Shown: one piece after another, positions 49,801-62,000 of the stretch
Position numbering within the stretch: position 1 is the stretch's first letter
Layout of the letters: each line of letters begins with the position of its first letter
From: Dendrobates tinctorius
Taxonomy: Eukaryota
Assembly: GCF_039654945.1 (NCBI RefSeq)
Contig: NW_027361883.1
Span: 372,001-436,000 of the forward strand
Direction of reading: 5' to 3'
DNA length: 64,000 nt
Translations under genes and position numbers: made by a program
Notes under the pieces: model-generated
Seen by the model: only the letters and a program-made list of their open reading frames with translations
Told to the model about the DNA's origin: nothing
Database searches by the model: none

Positions 49801-52790
49801 CTCCATCGACTATTGAAATGGACCCGGCCAAGGTACAGGCCATTTATGATTGGGTTCAGCCTACTTCTTTGAAGGCCCTCCAGAAGTTTTTGGGTTTTGC
49901 TAATTTCTATCGTAAATTTATAGGTAATTTTTCTGGTATTGTCAAACCACTGACTGATCTGACCAAGAAGGGCGCTGATGTGCTGAATTGGTCTCCTGAG
50001 GCTGTCTCAGCATTTCAGGAGCTTAAGCAGAGATTTACTTCAGCTCCAGTTTTACGGCAACCTGATGTCTCACTTCCATTTCAGGTGGAGGTAGATGCTT
50101 CTGAGATTGGTGCAGGAGCTGTTTTGTCCCAAAAAGACCTTGTGACTTCTAAGATGAATCCCTGTGCCTTCTTTTCTCGAAAGTTCTCCCCATCTGAACG
50201 CAACTATGACGTGGGGAATCGGGAATTGTTGGCCATGAAATGGGCATTTGAGGAGTGGAGACATTGGTTAGAGGGAGCTAGACATCAAGTTGTGGTCCTC
50301 ACCGATCACAAGAATTTGATTTATCTGGAGTCGGCCAAACGCTTGAATCCTAGACAGGCTAGATGGGCCTTGTTTTTCACGCATTTTAATTTTGTGGTCT
50401 CTTTTCTTCCGGGCACTAAGAATGCTAAGGCAGACGCCCTTTCTAGGAGTTTCTTTGCCGATTCTCTTAATGTGACCGAGCCTACTACCATCCTAGGTGA
50501 GGGGGTAGTTCTTTCTGCCATTTCGCCCGATTTGAGACGCGCCCTGGAGGAATTTCAGGAGGATAAACCTGAGCGTTGCCCTATGGGAAAATTGTATGTT
50601 CCTGACCAGTGGAGAAAGAGAGTGATGTCTGAAATTCATTGCTCCGCATTGGCTGGTCATCCAGGTATATTTGGTACCAGAGATTTGGTGAGTCGGTCTT
50701 TTTGGTGGCCTGCCTTATCTCGTGACGTCAGGAATTTTGTACAGTCCTGTGGGACTTGTTCTCGTTCTAAACCCTGTTCTCGTTCTAGTGGGTTGCTGAT
50801 GCCCCTGCCGGTGCCCAAGAGGCCATGGACCCATATGTCAATGGATTTTATTTCTGATCTTCCTGCCTCTCAGAGAATGACTGTTATCTAGGTGATTTGT
50901 GATAGATTTTCGAAGATGGTCCATCTTGTACCACTCCCAAAGTTGCCATCTTCCGCTGAGTTGGTGCCCTTGTTTTTACAACAGGTGGTTCGGTTACATG
51001 GGATTCCTGAGAACATTGTGTCGGACAGAGGAGTCCAGTTTGTTTCCAGATTCTGGAAAGCCTTTTGTTCCAATCTGGGAATTCAGTTATCCTTCTCCTC
51101 CGCGTTTCATCCCCAGACCAATGGACAGACTGAGAGAACAAACCAGACCTTGGAGTCTTATTTGAGATGTTTTATATCTGCTGATCAGGATGATTGGGTC
51201 TCATATTTGCCCTTGCCCGAATTCGCACTGAACAATAGAGCTAGTTCTGCCACTTTGATGTCACCCTTTTTCTGTAATTTTGGGTTTCATCCTCGATTCT
51301 CTTCACGGCAAGTGGAATCTTCGTCCTGCCCAGGTGTGGACACTGTGGTTGAGAGAATGCAGCAGATATGGGACCAAGTGGTGGATAAGATGTCACTCTC
51401 TCAGGAAAAGGCCCAGCGATTTTCCAAACGGCATAGGACCATTGGTCCCCGGTTTAAAGTGGGTGATATGGTTTGGTTGTCGTCTAAGAATATTCCTATG
51501 AAGGTTGCATCTCCAAAATTTAAGCCAAGATTTATTGGACCTTATAAGATTTTGGAGATTCTTAATCCTGCTTCGTTTCGATTGGCTCTTCCAGTTACGT
51601 TCAAGATCCATAACGTATTTCACAAATCTCTGTTGAAGAGGTTTGTTGAGCCAGTGGTTCCTATGGCAGCACCTCCTGACCCTGTGTTGGTTGAAGGCAA
51701 TGTGGAATATGAGGTAGAGAAAATATTGGATTCTCGTTTGGTTAGACGGAGACTCCAGTATTTGGTCAAATGGAAGGGTTATGGCCAGGAGGATAATTCT
51801 TGGGTCTCTGCCTCTGATATTCATGCCAATAGATTGGTTCGTGCTTTTCACCGGGCCCATCCAGATCGGCCTGGTGGCGTGGATGAGGGTTCGGTGACCC
51901 CTCCTCAAGGGGGGGGTACTGTTGTGAGTTCATTCTCTGGTCCACCAGTTGTGAGTTCTCCTTCCAGGCTCCCTCTGGTGGTAACAGGAGGTAGTGAGGC
52001 TGATTTAATCAGTAGAGATCTGCCACCTGATAAGGAGGATGACGATTGGACCTCAGGAATCTCAGACTGGATTTAAAACAGCCGACGCCCTATTCTGGCG
52101 CTGGTGATTCCTTCTGGCTTGTCAGGTCTTGGTTTTCAGCTCTGTTCCAGTCATCTAAAGCTAAGTTTTTCTGCTAATGTTCACACTTGATTTTGTTGGT
52201 CTATTCAGTTTTTTGTGTGGTCAGCCAGCCCTGGCTGGGGCTGCGCTGAATTTCCACTCTTATTTATCTGTATTTGCCAATTTGCTTTTTGTCCCTTATT
52301 AGATTGGCCTCTTTTTGCTCTGTCTCAGAATATTTCAGACTGCTGATATAGTGGGAGAAGTCTAGTGACTTCAGTGTTAATTTTGCTATCAGAAGTGTTG
52401 GACATTTATTTTTGTAGGGTTTTTTGCAGATTGCAGACAGTGTCTTTCCTTTCCTGCCCTTTCTAGTTAGTTTGGGCCCCATCGTTTGCTCAGCCTATTT
52501 TCCTGCCTGTGTTTGTGCTTTCATCTTGTTTCACCGTCAATACATGTGTGGGGTCTGTCTTTCCTTTGGGGTCTGCTCTGGAGCGGTTAGTTTTCCCCTT
52601 TTCATGCTTCAGGCTTATATAGTCCTCCGGCTGTGACGAGGCGTCTAGGATCATCGTAGGTACGCTGGACGGCTGCTGCTAGTTGTGTGGTTAGGATCAG
52701 GGGTCTGCAATCTGCATAGTTACAAACCTCTCTGGTTTTCTGTTACTTATCTTGTTTTGCCTTTTTCTCCTCGGTGACCCATTCATAACA
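46892..52790 (+). mobile_element. Full-length chromovirus (Tf1/sushi-type Gypsy)
   Basis: 871-bp LTRs at 46892-47762 and 51920-52790, PPT AAGGGGGGGGTAC, flanks GGGGAT/GGGGAC, gag-pol with chromodomain. Confidence 0.97.
47923..52076 (+). pseudogene. Chromovirus gag-pol (disrupted)
   Basis: gag 47923-48637 with a frameshift (CFFCGDASHTISVC); protease FVDSGA; frameshift in a T-run at ~49330; RT YLDD; RNase H; premature TAG at 50889; integrase; chromodomain EYEVEKILDSR...YLVKWKGYGQEDNSW. Confidence 0.94.
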
Positions 52791-53164
52791 GGGGACAAAA
52801 GAACTCCAAATGCACAGGAAGGAAATCACCAGCAACCTCCAAGAGCAGCCAGCTCAATTATATGCTCCCAGCCAGTAATCCCAGGTTCCCAATCATCGTC
52901 GTCAGGTGGAGAACTTCCATCCACCTGGCCAGCTCCACTACTCTCAGTAACCACCAGAGGGAGCAGAGGGAGCTTTGGCTCAGAACTTCAAGCAAGGGAA
53001 TTCACAACAGAGAAGACTCCCTAGGGCTAGAGAAGCCAGTGAGAGAGACATTCTACCTATTCCGAGAACCAGGGCTAAAGTTGTATGTGGTAACTGTGGG
53101 AAAGATGACAACCCGTTGGGCCTTATCCTCTACATCTGTCTGTAAATACTGCTATTCACCAAAT

Positions 53165-53319
53165 TATTATTCTTGACATTATACCTGAGGAAGACTCTTA
53201 GCAGTCGAAACCGGTTGTATTCTATTTTGAATTAAAAATAAAAATCATCCTTGAATCTAAATATCAAGTTCCATCATCATCCTTCAGGAGCGCATATTGC
53301 TGGGAAAAACATTCACCCA
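53165..53319 (+). mobile_element. 155-bp hammerhead-containing mini-retroelement (Penelope pLTR/retrozyme-like)
   Basis: Flanked by the exact 14-bp direct repeat GCTATTCACCAAAT (53151-53164 and 53320-53333); contains a hammerhead motif and AATAAA. Confidence 0.8.
53181..53220 (+). ncRNA. Minimal type-I hammerhead ribozyme motif
   Basis: ATAC-CTGAGGA-A-GACT(CTTAGC)AGTC-GAAA-CCGGTT-GTAT: helix I ATAC/GTAT, core CUGANGA and GAAA, helix II GACT/AGTC, palindromic helix III AACCGGTT, GUU triplet. Confidence 0.78.
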
Positions 53320-53554
53320 GCTATTCACCAAATGAAAGTTTGGTTGTTTTTTTGAACCTTGTGTCTCCTGGATTAATTGCTGCCCTGGTTGCAGAAGAGG
53401 GATTCCTGGACTCAGAAGAAGAGGCCTGAGGGCCAGAAGTAAGTGTGATGCACCTCACACACAGCAGCACACCGGGACATGAGATGTCTGTAGGATGCCA
53501 ATGCGAGTGGGAACAGAAACTCGCCACGACTACCTCGCTTGGGCATCTTACATT

Positions 53555-53573
53555 TGGCGCAGTCGACAATATT
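53555..53573 (+). promoter_or_regulatory. Primer-binding site, tRNA-Ser-like (degenerate)
   Basis: TGGCGCAGTCGACAATATT matches TGGCGTAGTCGGCAGGATT at 15/19 positions, 2 nt after the LTR end. Confidence 0.7.
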
Positions 53574-54572
53574 CAAGTGCCTCGCACGAAGAAAGTGTGG
53601 AAGACATGGCTCATGGCGCAGATGGAAGAGCACAGGAATACATTTGATCCAAAATAGTGGCCCGAAGTATGGATTCCAAGATGGCAACGGTGACAGTGAA
53701 GAGAAGAAGACATGCCGCCTATCGTGGGTGTGGATGGCAATGAGATCGCAAAAAGATATTTACCCCCACGAGTGACGGCCTGAAGGAGGATGGGCCCTGT
53801 GGCCAGAGGTCAGCCCGGAATGGGTAGTACGTTCCGGAGGAGTGCGCTGCGCAGTGTGAGGTGCAGCCCACTGAGAGGAAGATTGCGATGGAAGGGGGCG
53901 CGGCTGAAGGCGGAGCTGCCGAAAGTTAAGTGTGACGCGGCGATCACATCAGGGATTTGGCCCAGAAAGAGACGGACTCAGGCGCGCAGGAAGCACGTTA
54001 CTGGGAATTGTTCGTGCCATTTTCCTTGTCACACGTGAGAAGTAAGACACAGGGAGGTGAGGCTCCAGCGAAAATGGGAGAGTGCGGATGAGATAGTTGC
54101 ATGAACACTAGCAGTCAGGAGGGGATGCAGGAGATTGTCACCCCCGGGGCAGCAGCAGGAAGCTATCACGCTGCTCAGGAGCTGTTGCAGCCGCCGCTGA
54201 TGCTGGTCCACTATACGACAGTGCCACAACCGGACATGGGCCTCTGGGCTCATAAACTGCAGTTGATGTGCTGGAGCTGGTTCCATAGGATGAGACTTCC
54301 TCGGCCAAGGGAGAGAATATCCCAGAGGGTGTGAGGGCGGCATGTCCAGAGAAGGAGGATGAGGGCCCCGCGTCATGTTCGGTCCCTGTTTCGGCCCTTG
54401 TTAAGAAGGCTCTAGAAGGAGGAGAGACAGCGGTTAAGCCTGAGGTGAGGTCAGGCCAGAGAAATGCCTCATTTATTGACTGGGGGGAATAGAGCGGGAC
54501 ATTACGAGTACCCCACTGGTCAAGAGTCAACCCAACTACAAGCCGCGGTGGCTGGATGAGCGTCCACCCCCC

Positions 54573-54867
54573 ATGAGTTTATTGGAGCAACAGAAGTGGA
54601 CTGACCAGTTCCTTCGGGGTTGGCTCGAGGGGTCTAACACAGCTCGGAGAGAATGAGAATTAGTCGAGCCGTCTCAGACCCGAGGACAAGTTGTCGAGTT
54701 CGACATCAAGAAGGAGTTTGGATTTCTCGAGGATGAGGTCTACGTCAGCTGCGACATGGTGAAGAGAAGTATTTACCATCATGGTTACACAATCTACGTC
54801 CAGGGGAGATCGTAGAATTCATAAAATGCGGGTATCAGCGGGTCTAGTATGCAGCAACCTTGGTGCG
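54573..54867 (+). pseudogene. Cold-shock-domain (Y-box/Lin28/CspA-like) reading-frame remnant
   Basis: Manual translation from 54681: RGQVVEFDIKKEFGFLEDEVYVSCDMVKR / frameshift ~54767 / KYLPSWLHNLRPGEIVEFIKCGYQRV*YAATLV. RNP1-like KEFGFL, RNP2-like VYVS and the L..GE.VEF motif are present. Confidence 0.72.
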
Positions 54868-56379
54868 CCCGCATACCTGGGTAGACATCCTAGAATGGAC
54901 CAGGAAGTCTTCAAACAGAGAGCTGAAAGAGAGGCCCATCAAGGGGTAGCTGGAACAGTCCCCTCAGAAATGGTGCAGGTAGCTGGGACTGGACATCCTA
55001 GTGTGGGGAAGAAAACCCCTGAAGGGTCTCCTTAAAAGCTTGAGGGTGCTAATTGAAATCCCTCATAGGGCCGTGCACCTGCTGAATCTCCCAAGGGGGC
55101 ACCACCATCCAGCTTGCCAGAACTGCGGGCTGGGGAGGTGAACCTCACAAGGTCAGGATTCAGTGGAGACAGCTGGGACGCAGCAGGTTAGGTAGTCCAA
55201 AGATTTAGTGTCACCAACTATGGCCATACCCAAGTGGGTTGTGGAGTGTGATGACATCTAAGAAGGATCCCAGCCTGGTTAAATTTCCTGGAAATGAAGG
55301 AGGCCAACATTTCCCACTGTTTGGGCCACCTTCATAGAGGAGAGAAAGAAGGCCCGGGCAAGGCCTTGAAAGGAGGAGTTCAGAACTCAAATTCCATTGT
55401 TTCTGAATTACTACGAGTGTGAATTTCATTGTAGCTGACATTGCCCAGAGGTAGTTGTTATGGACTGTTGCCTGTTTTACCTTTGGGACCAAAAAGGCCT
55501 GAAGCAGCTGAGTTCGGTTGTACCAGTGTTTGTTTTTCTTTTTTGTTGCGCCTTTTTCTGTTTGAATAGTAGACGCTGGTACTCTCGGAGGGTTTTTGAG
55601 ATCCTCCACAACAGAGACTACGTTTCTGGTCTGAGTTTCAATGGAAGATTACTGCTGTGTTGCCCTACAGGCCCTATTGATAAACTGGACATGGACAGTT
55701 TGTTTCCAAGGTCCTGAGAAGGACCAGTACTACTGAGAAGCTTTATGATTATGGACTGTCACACTTGCTATTCTAGGGTTGTTAACCAAGAAGGGGCAGA
55801 TCTACACAAAGTTAAGATGTCAAGACCAGCCTGCAGTCTGATGTTTTTAAGGTTTGATATTGCAGTGATAAGGCATTATAAAACTCTAACTCTTCTTTTA
55901 AGGTCTGACATGGTCGAGGACAACCATAATTAAATTGTGGGAGAATGTAGCAGTGGCGGGAGCTGGTGGTTTGCTCCCTAACACTTCAAGGGATAAATGC
56001 ATTTGATGTTTTTCTATGTTATAAAAGGACGATACTCACTGGGGCTGCAGTTAGCTTAGACAGGGGTAACTAATGGCTGGTCCAGTTTGGGAGGGGGGAA
56101 CTGTGAAATAGTGGGCCTAAGTCAAGAGGCCGCTAGGGATACCGTGAGCCTAATACTCGGGGCATTGGATTGCTGAAAACACCCTTCTGTGTGATTCCGT
56201 CTAATGGCCTGGGGCAACCTCGAGATGGATGTCAGGGGCCTGGGGCAACTCAGCCTGTGAAGCTGCAGGAAAAGATGGACTCAGACTACATGTGGCAGAA
56301 TGTATTGAAATCTGAAAATACTGGTGGAGAAGACTCTCTCTAGGGCTAGAGAAGACATTCTACCTATTCCAAGAACCTT

Positions 56380-56705
56380 TCCACCACCTCTATTAATGCT
56401 TTCTCCCACACCACTCCCATCATTGCCCTCTCAATCTCCTCCATCAGTGCCTTCTCCCCCACCACCCCATCATTGCCCATTTCAACACCTCCATCATTGC
56501 CTCCCCACCACCACCATGATTGTCCTTTCCACCACAACCATCATTGCCTTCTCCCCCACCACCCCATCATTGTCCTTTCCACCACCTCCATTATTGCCTC
56601 CTCCCCCACCACCCCACCATCCTTTCCACCACCACCAACATTGCCTTCTCACCCACCACTCCCATCACTGCTCTCTCCATCACCCACATCATTGCCCTCT
56701 CCAAT
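56380..56705. repeat. C-rich ~27-bp minisatellite (CCACCACCCCATCATTGCCTTCTCCC)
   Basis: About 11-12 degenerate copies. Confidence 0.85.
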
Positions 56706-56782
56706 GCACACAAAGCACCGCACCACATACACACGCACGCAGGCAGACAGACAGGAAGCACCACTCACCTCTCTGCACGTTC

Positions 56783-57687
56783 TGTTATGATTGGGTCACC
56801 GAGGAGGAAAGCAAGACCAAGCTAAGCCACAGAAAACAAGAGAGGTTGATAACTAAACGGATTGCAGACCCCTGATCCTATCCACACAACTAGCAGTAGC
56901 CGTGGAGCGTACCTACGATGATTCTAGACGCCTCGACACAGCCGGAGAAATAAATAAGCCTAAAGCAAGGAAGGGGAAATCTAAATTGCCCCAGAGCAGA
57001 CCCTAAAGGAATAGATAGCCCCCAAACATATATTGTCGGTGAGACAAGATGAAAACACAAACGCAGGTAGGAAAATAGGCTGAGCAAACGATGGGGCCCA
57101 AACTAACTAGACAGGACAGGAAAGGAAAGACACTGTCTGCAATCACGCAAAAAACCCTGCAAAAAATGCCCAACACGTCTGATAGAAAAAATACTGAAGT
57201 CACTAAACTTCGCCCACTATATCAGCACTCTGGTATATTCTGAAAGAGAGGCCAATCTAATAAGGGACAAAAACAAACTGGCACAAGCAGTAACATAAGG
57301 ATGGAAATTCAGCACAGCCCCCAGCCGAGGCTGGCTGACCACACAAAACTGAAATAGACAGAACCAAATCAAATGTGAACAATAGCAAAAGAACACTTAG
57401 CTTTATCATGCAGGTACTGAGCTGAGAACTAAGACCTCAGGAGGCAGGAAAAAATCACCAGCAGGGATAGAGGGAGTCGGCTGTCTTAAATCCAGTCAGA
57501 AACTCCAAATGTCCAATCGTCCTCCTCATTATCAGGTGGCAAGCCTCTGTTAATTAGATCAGCTCCATTACCTCCTGTAACCACCAGAGGGAGCCTGGAA
57601 AGAGATCTTGCGACCCCTCTATCAATACAACCAGCTCCACTACCTTCACTAGTAACCAGAGGCAGGCCAGAAAGTGAATTCACAACA
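56783..57687 (-). mobile_element. Solo chromovirus LTR related to the 46892 element, TSD ACGTTC
   Basis: TGTTATGA...TTCACAACA; reverse-complement similarity to 46892-47762; ACGTTC at 56777-56782 and 57688-57693. Confidence 0.92.
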
Positions 57688-59014
57688 ACGTTCCCTGCAG
57701 CCGCAGCACATCCCAGCAACATCTTCCTGGCCAGCAGCTTTCTCTCTGAAACAGCCGCGCGCTAATTGATGTCATCCAGCTGCGTCCCTGTGTCCGACAG
57801 GAAGCGCCGGGCAGGAAGCAGTACAGCATCAGATGCTTGCAGCTACGCTCCGTTGCCATTTTCTCTTGTAGGCAGCAGAGCTGCAGGGATCGCTCCCTGC
57901 CCGCCAATTGTCTTCAGGGTTAACCGCCCGGCAGGGGCCCACCTCCGGGGTACATGTGGTATGCCCATTCCTGCGGGCAGTGGCGGCCTCAACCTGTGGC
58001 TAACACTGCCCGCTATTAAAGTGAAATGAATATTCACTCCTCTCCATGCCCATGGGGGCGTGGGGAAGCGTGAATATTCATGTCTCCAGCTGCTGCTCCG
58101 CTGGCATAGCTGGGTGTGCTGCTACTAGTGACACGCCACTGGCCTAGGGCCCCTGGAGTAGCGGGGGACCTAGGCAGCTGCCAGCCCTGTATGCCAGCAG
58201 GTGTAAGTGCCTGGGCCCACCAGAGAGCGAGGGGCCAAATGTTATACACCAGGTGGTGAGGTGCCAAATGTTATAGATCAGTGGGGAAGGGGTTGGATGT
58301 TATACACCAAGGGGCGAGGGACCGATTGTTATACACCAGGGGGTGAGGGGTTGGATGATACACACAGGGAGGCAAAGAGGCTGGATGTTATACACCACAC
58401 TGGGGACAATGGGATTGTAGATCTCAATGGAAATCAATGTCTTAAAAAATTTGTAGAAAAACAATGTGGCGAGCCCTCTAGGCATGTTTTCTCATTCAAC
58501 TGAATGGGAACTTTGTTGCAAGCAGATTTTAAGTATTTTTTTAATGTGGATTTTGTCGCAGATCCTCTTAAGGAATGTTCACATGGAATTTTATGACCTG
58601 GAATTTTCTGCCTCAAAAATTCACTTCTAAAAAGAACTTGTAAAATACAGGTAATTTTTGGAGTAGTTTTGTAAGGACGCACGATTTTTGGTGATGTTTT
58701 TCAGCATGGCTTTAATCATAATATAGCGTGTATCAATAAATTGTGATTTTTGGTATCATAATACTGCTAAAAGCCAGTCAAAACCCAAGATATAAATTGT
58801 TAAAAAATGCACATTATGCCACAATTAATTTTAATGATTTACCGGCTATACCACAAAGACCTGCTGTAATCAGAGGATAGGGAGGAGGCTGCCGTGTTCA
58901 GTCAGCAAATACAAGCTGCGGTCATATTCAATTTCACACGTGTCGGAGATGAAGGTCACAGCATCAGCGGATTATCATGTACTGACGAGATTAAACAACT
59001 AGACCAGCGAATCT

Positions 59015-62000
59015 TACACTGCACAGTACCACTCCTCCTGTATATATACACTGCACAGTACCACTCCTCCTGTATACACTGCACAGTACCACTCCTCCTG
59101 TATATATACACTGCACAGTACCACTCCTCCTGTATATATATACACTGCACAGTACCACTCCTCCTGTATATATACACTGCACAGTACCACTCCTCCTGTA
59201 TATATACACTGCACAGTACCACTCCTCCTCTATATATACACTGCACAGTACCACTCCTCCTGTATATATACACTGCACAGTACCACTCCTCCTCTATATA
59301 TACACTGCACAGTACCACTCCTCCTCTATATATACACTGCACAGTACCACTCCTCCTGTATATATATACTGCACAGTACCACTCCTCCTCTATATATACA
59401 CTGCACAGTACCACTCCTCCTCTATATATACACTGCACAGTACCAGTCCTCCTGTATATATATACTGCACAGTACCACTCCTCCTGTATATATACACTGC
59501 ACAGTACCACTCCTCCTGTATACATACACTGCACAGCACCACTCCTCCTGTATACATACACTGCACAGCACCACTCCTCCTGTATATATACACTGCACAG
59601 TACCACTCCTCCTCTATATATACATTGCATAGTGCCACTCCTCCTGTATATATACACTGCACAGCACCACTCCTCCTGTATATATATACACTGCACAGTA
59701 CCACTCCTCCTGTATATATATACACTGCACAGTACCACTCCTCCTGTATATATATATACACTGCACAGTACCACTCCTCCTGTATATATACACTGCACAG
59801 TACCACTCCTCCTGTATATATACACTGCACAGTACCACTCCTCCTGTATATATACACTGTACAGTACCACTCCTCCTGTATATATATACACTGCACAGTA
59901 CTCCTCCTCCTGTATATATACACTGCACAGTACCACTCCTCCTGTATATATATACACTGCACAGTACCACTCCTCCTGTATATATACACTGCACAGTACC
60001 ACTCCTGTATATATACACTGCACAGTACCACTCCTCATGTATATATACACTGCACAGCACCACTCCTCCTATATATATACACTGCACAGCACCACTCCTC
60101 CTGTATATATACACTGCACAGTACCACTCCTCCTGTATATATATACACTGCACAGTACCACTCCTCCTGTATATATACACTGCACAGTACCACTTCTCCT
60201 GTATATATACACTGCACAGTACCACTTCTCCTGTATATATACACTGCACAGTACCACTCCTCCTGTATATATATACACTGCACAGTACCACTCCTCCTGT
60301 ATATATACACTGCACAGTACCACTCCTCCTGTATATATATACACTGCACAGTACCACTCCTCCTGTGTATATATACACTGCACAGTACCACTCCTCCTAT
60401 ATATATACACTGCACAGTACCACTCCTCCTGTGTATATATACACTGCACAGTACCACTCCTCCTGTATATACTGTATATACACTGCACAGTACCACTCCT
60501 CCTGTGTATATATATACACTGCACAGTACCACTCCTCCTGTATATATATACACTGCACAGTACCACTCCTCCTGTATATATACTGCACAGTACCACTCCT
60601 CCTGTATATACACTCACTGGCCACTTTATTAGGTACACCTGTCCAACTGTGTGTTAAGACTTAATTTCTAATCAGCCAATCACATGGCGGCAACTCAGTG
60701 CATTTAGGCATGTAGACATGGTCAAGACAATCTCCTGCAGTTCAAACCGAGCATCAGTATGGGGAAGAAAGGTGATTTGAGTGCCTTTGAACGTGGCATG
60801 ATTGTTGGTGCCAGAAGGGCTGGTCTGAGAATTTCAGAAACTGCTGATCTACTGGGATCTACTGTATATACACTGCACAGTACCACTCCTCCTGTATATA
60901 TACACTGCACAGTACCACTCCTCCTGTATATATATATATATACACTGCACAGTACCACTCCTCCTGTATATATACACTGCACAGTACCACTCCTCCTGTA
61001 TATATACACTGCACAGTACCACTTCTCCTGTATATATACACTGCACAGTACCACTCCTCCTGTATATATATATACACTGCACAGTACCACTCCTCCTGTA
61101 TATATACACTGCACAGTACCACTCCTCCTGTATATATACACTGCACAGTACCACTTCTCCTGTATATATACACTGCACAGTACCACTCCTCCTGTATATA
61201 TATACACTGCACAGCGCCACTTCTCCTGTATATATATACACTGCACAGTACCACTCCTCCTGTATATATACACTGCACAGTAACGCTCCTCCTGTATATA
61301 TACACTGCACAGTACCGCTCCTCCTGCATATATACACTGCACAGTACCCCTCCTCCTGTATATATACACTGCACAGTACCACTCCTCCTGTATATATACA
61401 CTGCACAATACCGCTCCTCCTGTATATATACAATGCACAGTACCACTCCTCCTGTATATATATACTGCACAGTACCGCTCCTCCTGTATATATATATATA
61501 CACTGCACAGTACCACTCCTCCTGTCCTGTATATATACACTGCACAGTACCACTCCTCCTATATATATATATATACACTGCACAGTACCACTCCTCCTGT
61601 ATATATACACTGCACAGTACCGCTGCTCCTGTATATATACCCTGCACAGTACCACTCCTCCTGTGTATATACACTGCACGGTACCACTCTTCCTGTATAT
61701 ATATATTTATATACTGCACAGTACCACTCCTCCTGTATATACATGCTGCACAGTAGCACTCCTCCTGTATATACACACTGCACAGTACCACTCCTCCTGT
61801 CCTGTATATATACACTGCACAGTACCACTCCTCCTGTATATATACACTGTACAGTACCACTCCTCCTGTGTATATATACTGTACAGTACCACTCCTCCTG
61901 TATATATACACTGCACAATACCACTCCTCCTGTATATATACGCTGCACAGTACCACTCCTCCTGTATATATATACTGCACAGTACCACTCCTCCTGTATA

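Larger units (their letters stand above)
45014..53009 (-). mobile_element. Solo chromovirus-type LTR split by an L2 and a full-length element
   Basis: Pieces 45014-45414, 46631-46891 and 52791-53009; termini TGTTGTGAAT...TTCACAACA; reverse-complement similarity to LTR 46892-47762. No TSD evident. Confidence 0.85.
44585..56378 (+). mobile_element. Non-autonomous LTR element (outermost of nested cluster) carrying a cold-shock-domain remnant
   Basis: 5' LTR TGTAGCAGTGG... 44585-45013 continues at 53010-53552 (ends TTACA); PBS 53555-53573; ~2.4-kb internal region without recognisable gag/pol; PPT-like GTGGGAGAA; truncated 3' LTR 55946-56378 colinear with the 5' LTR across the insertion site. Confidence 0.85.
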
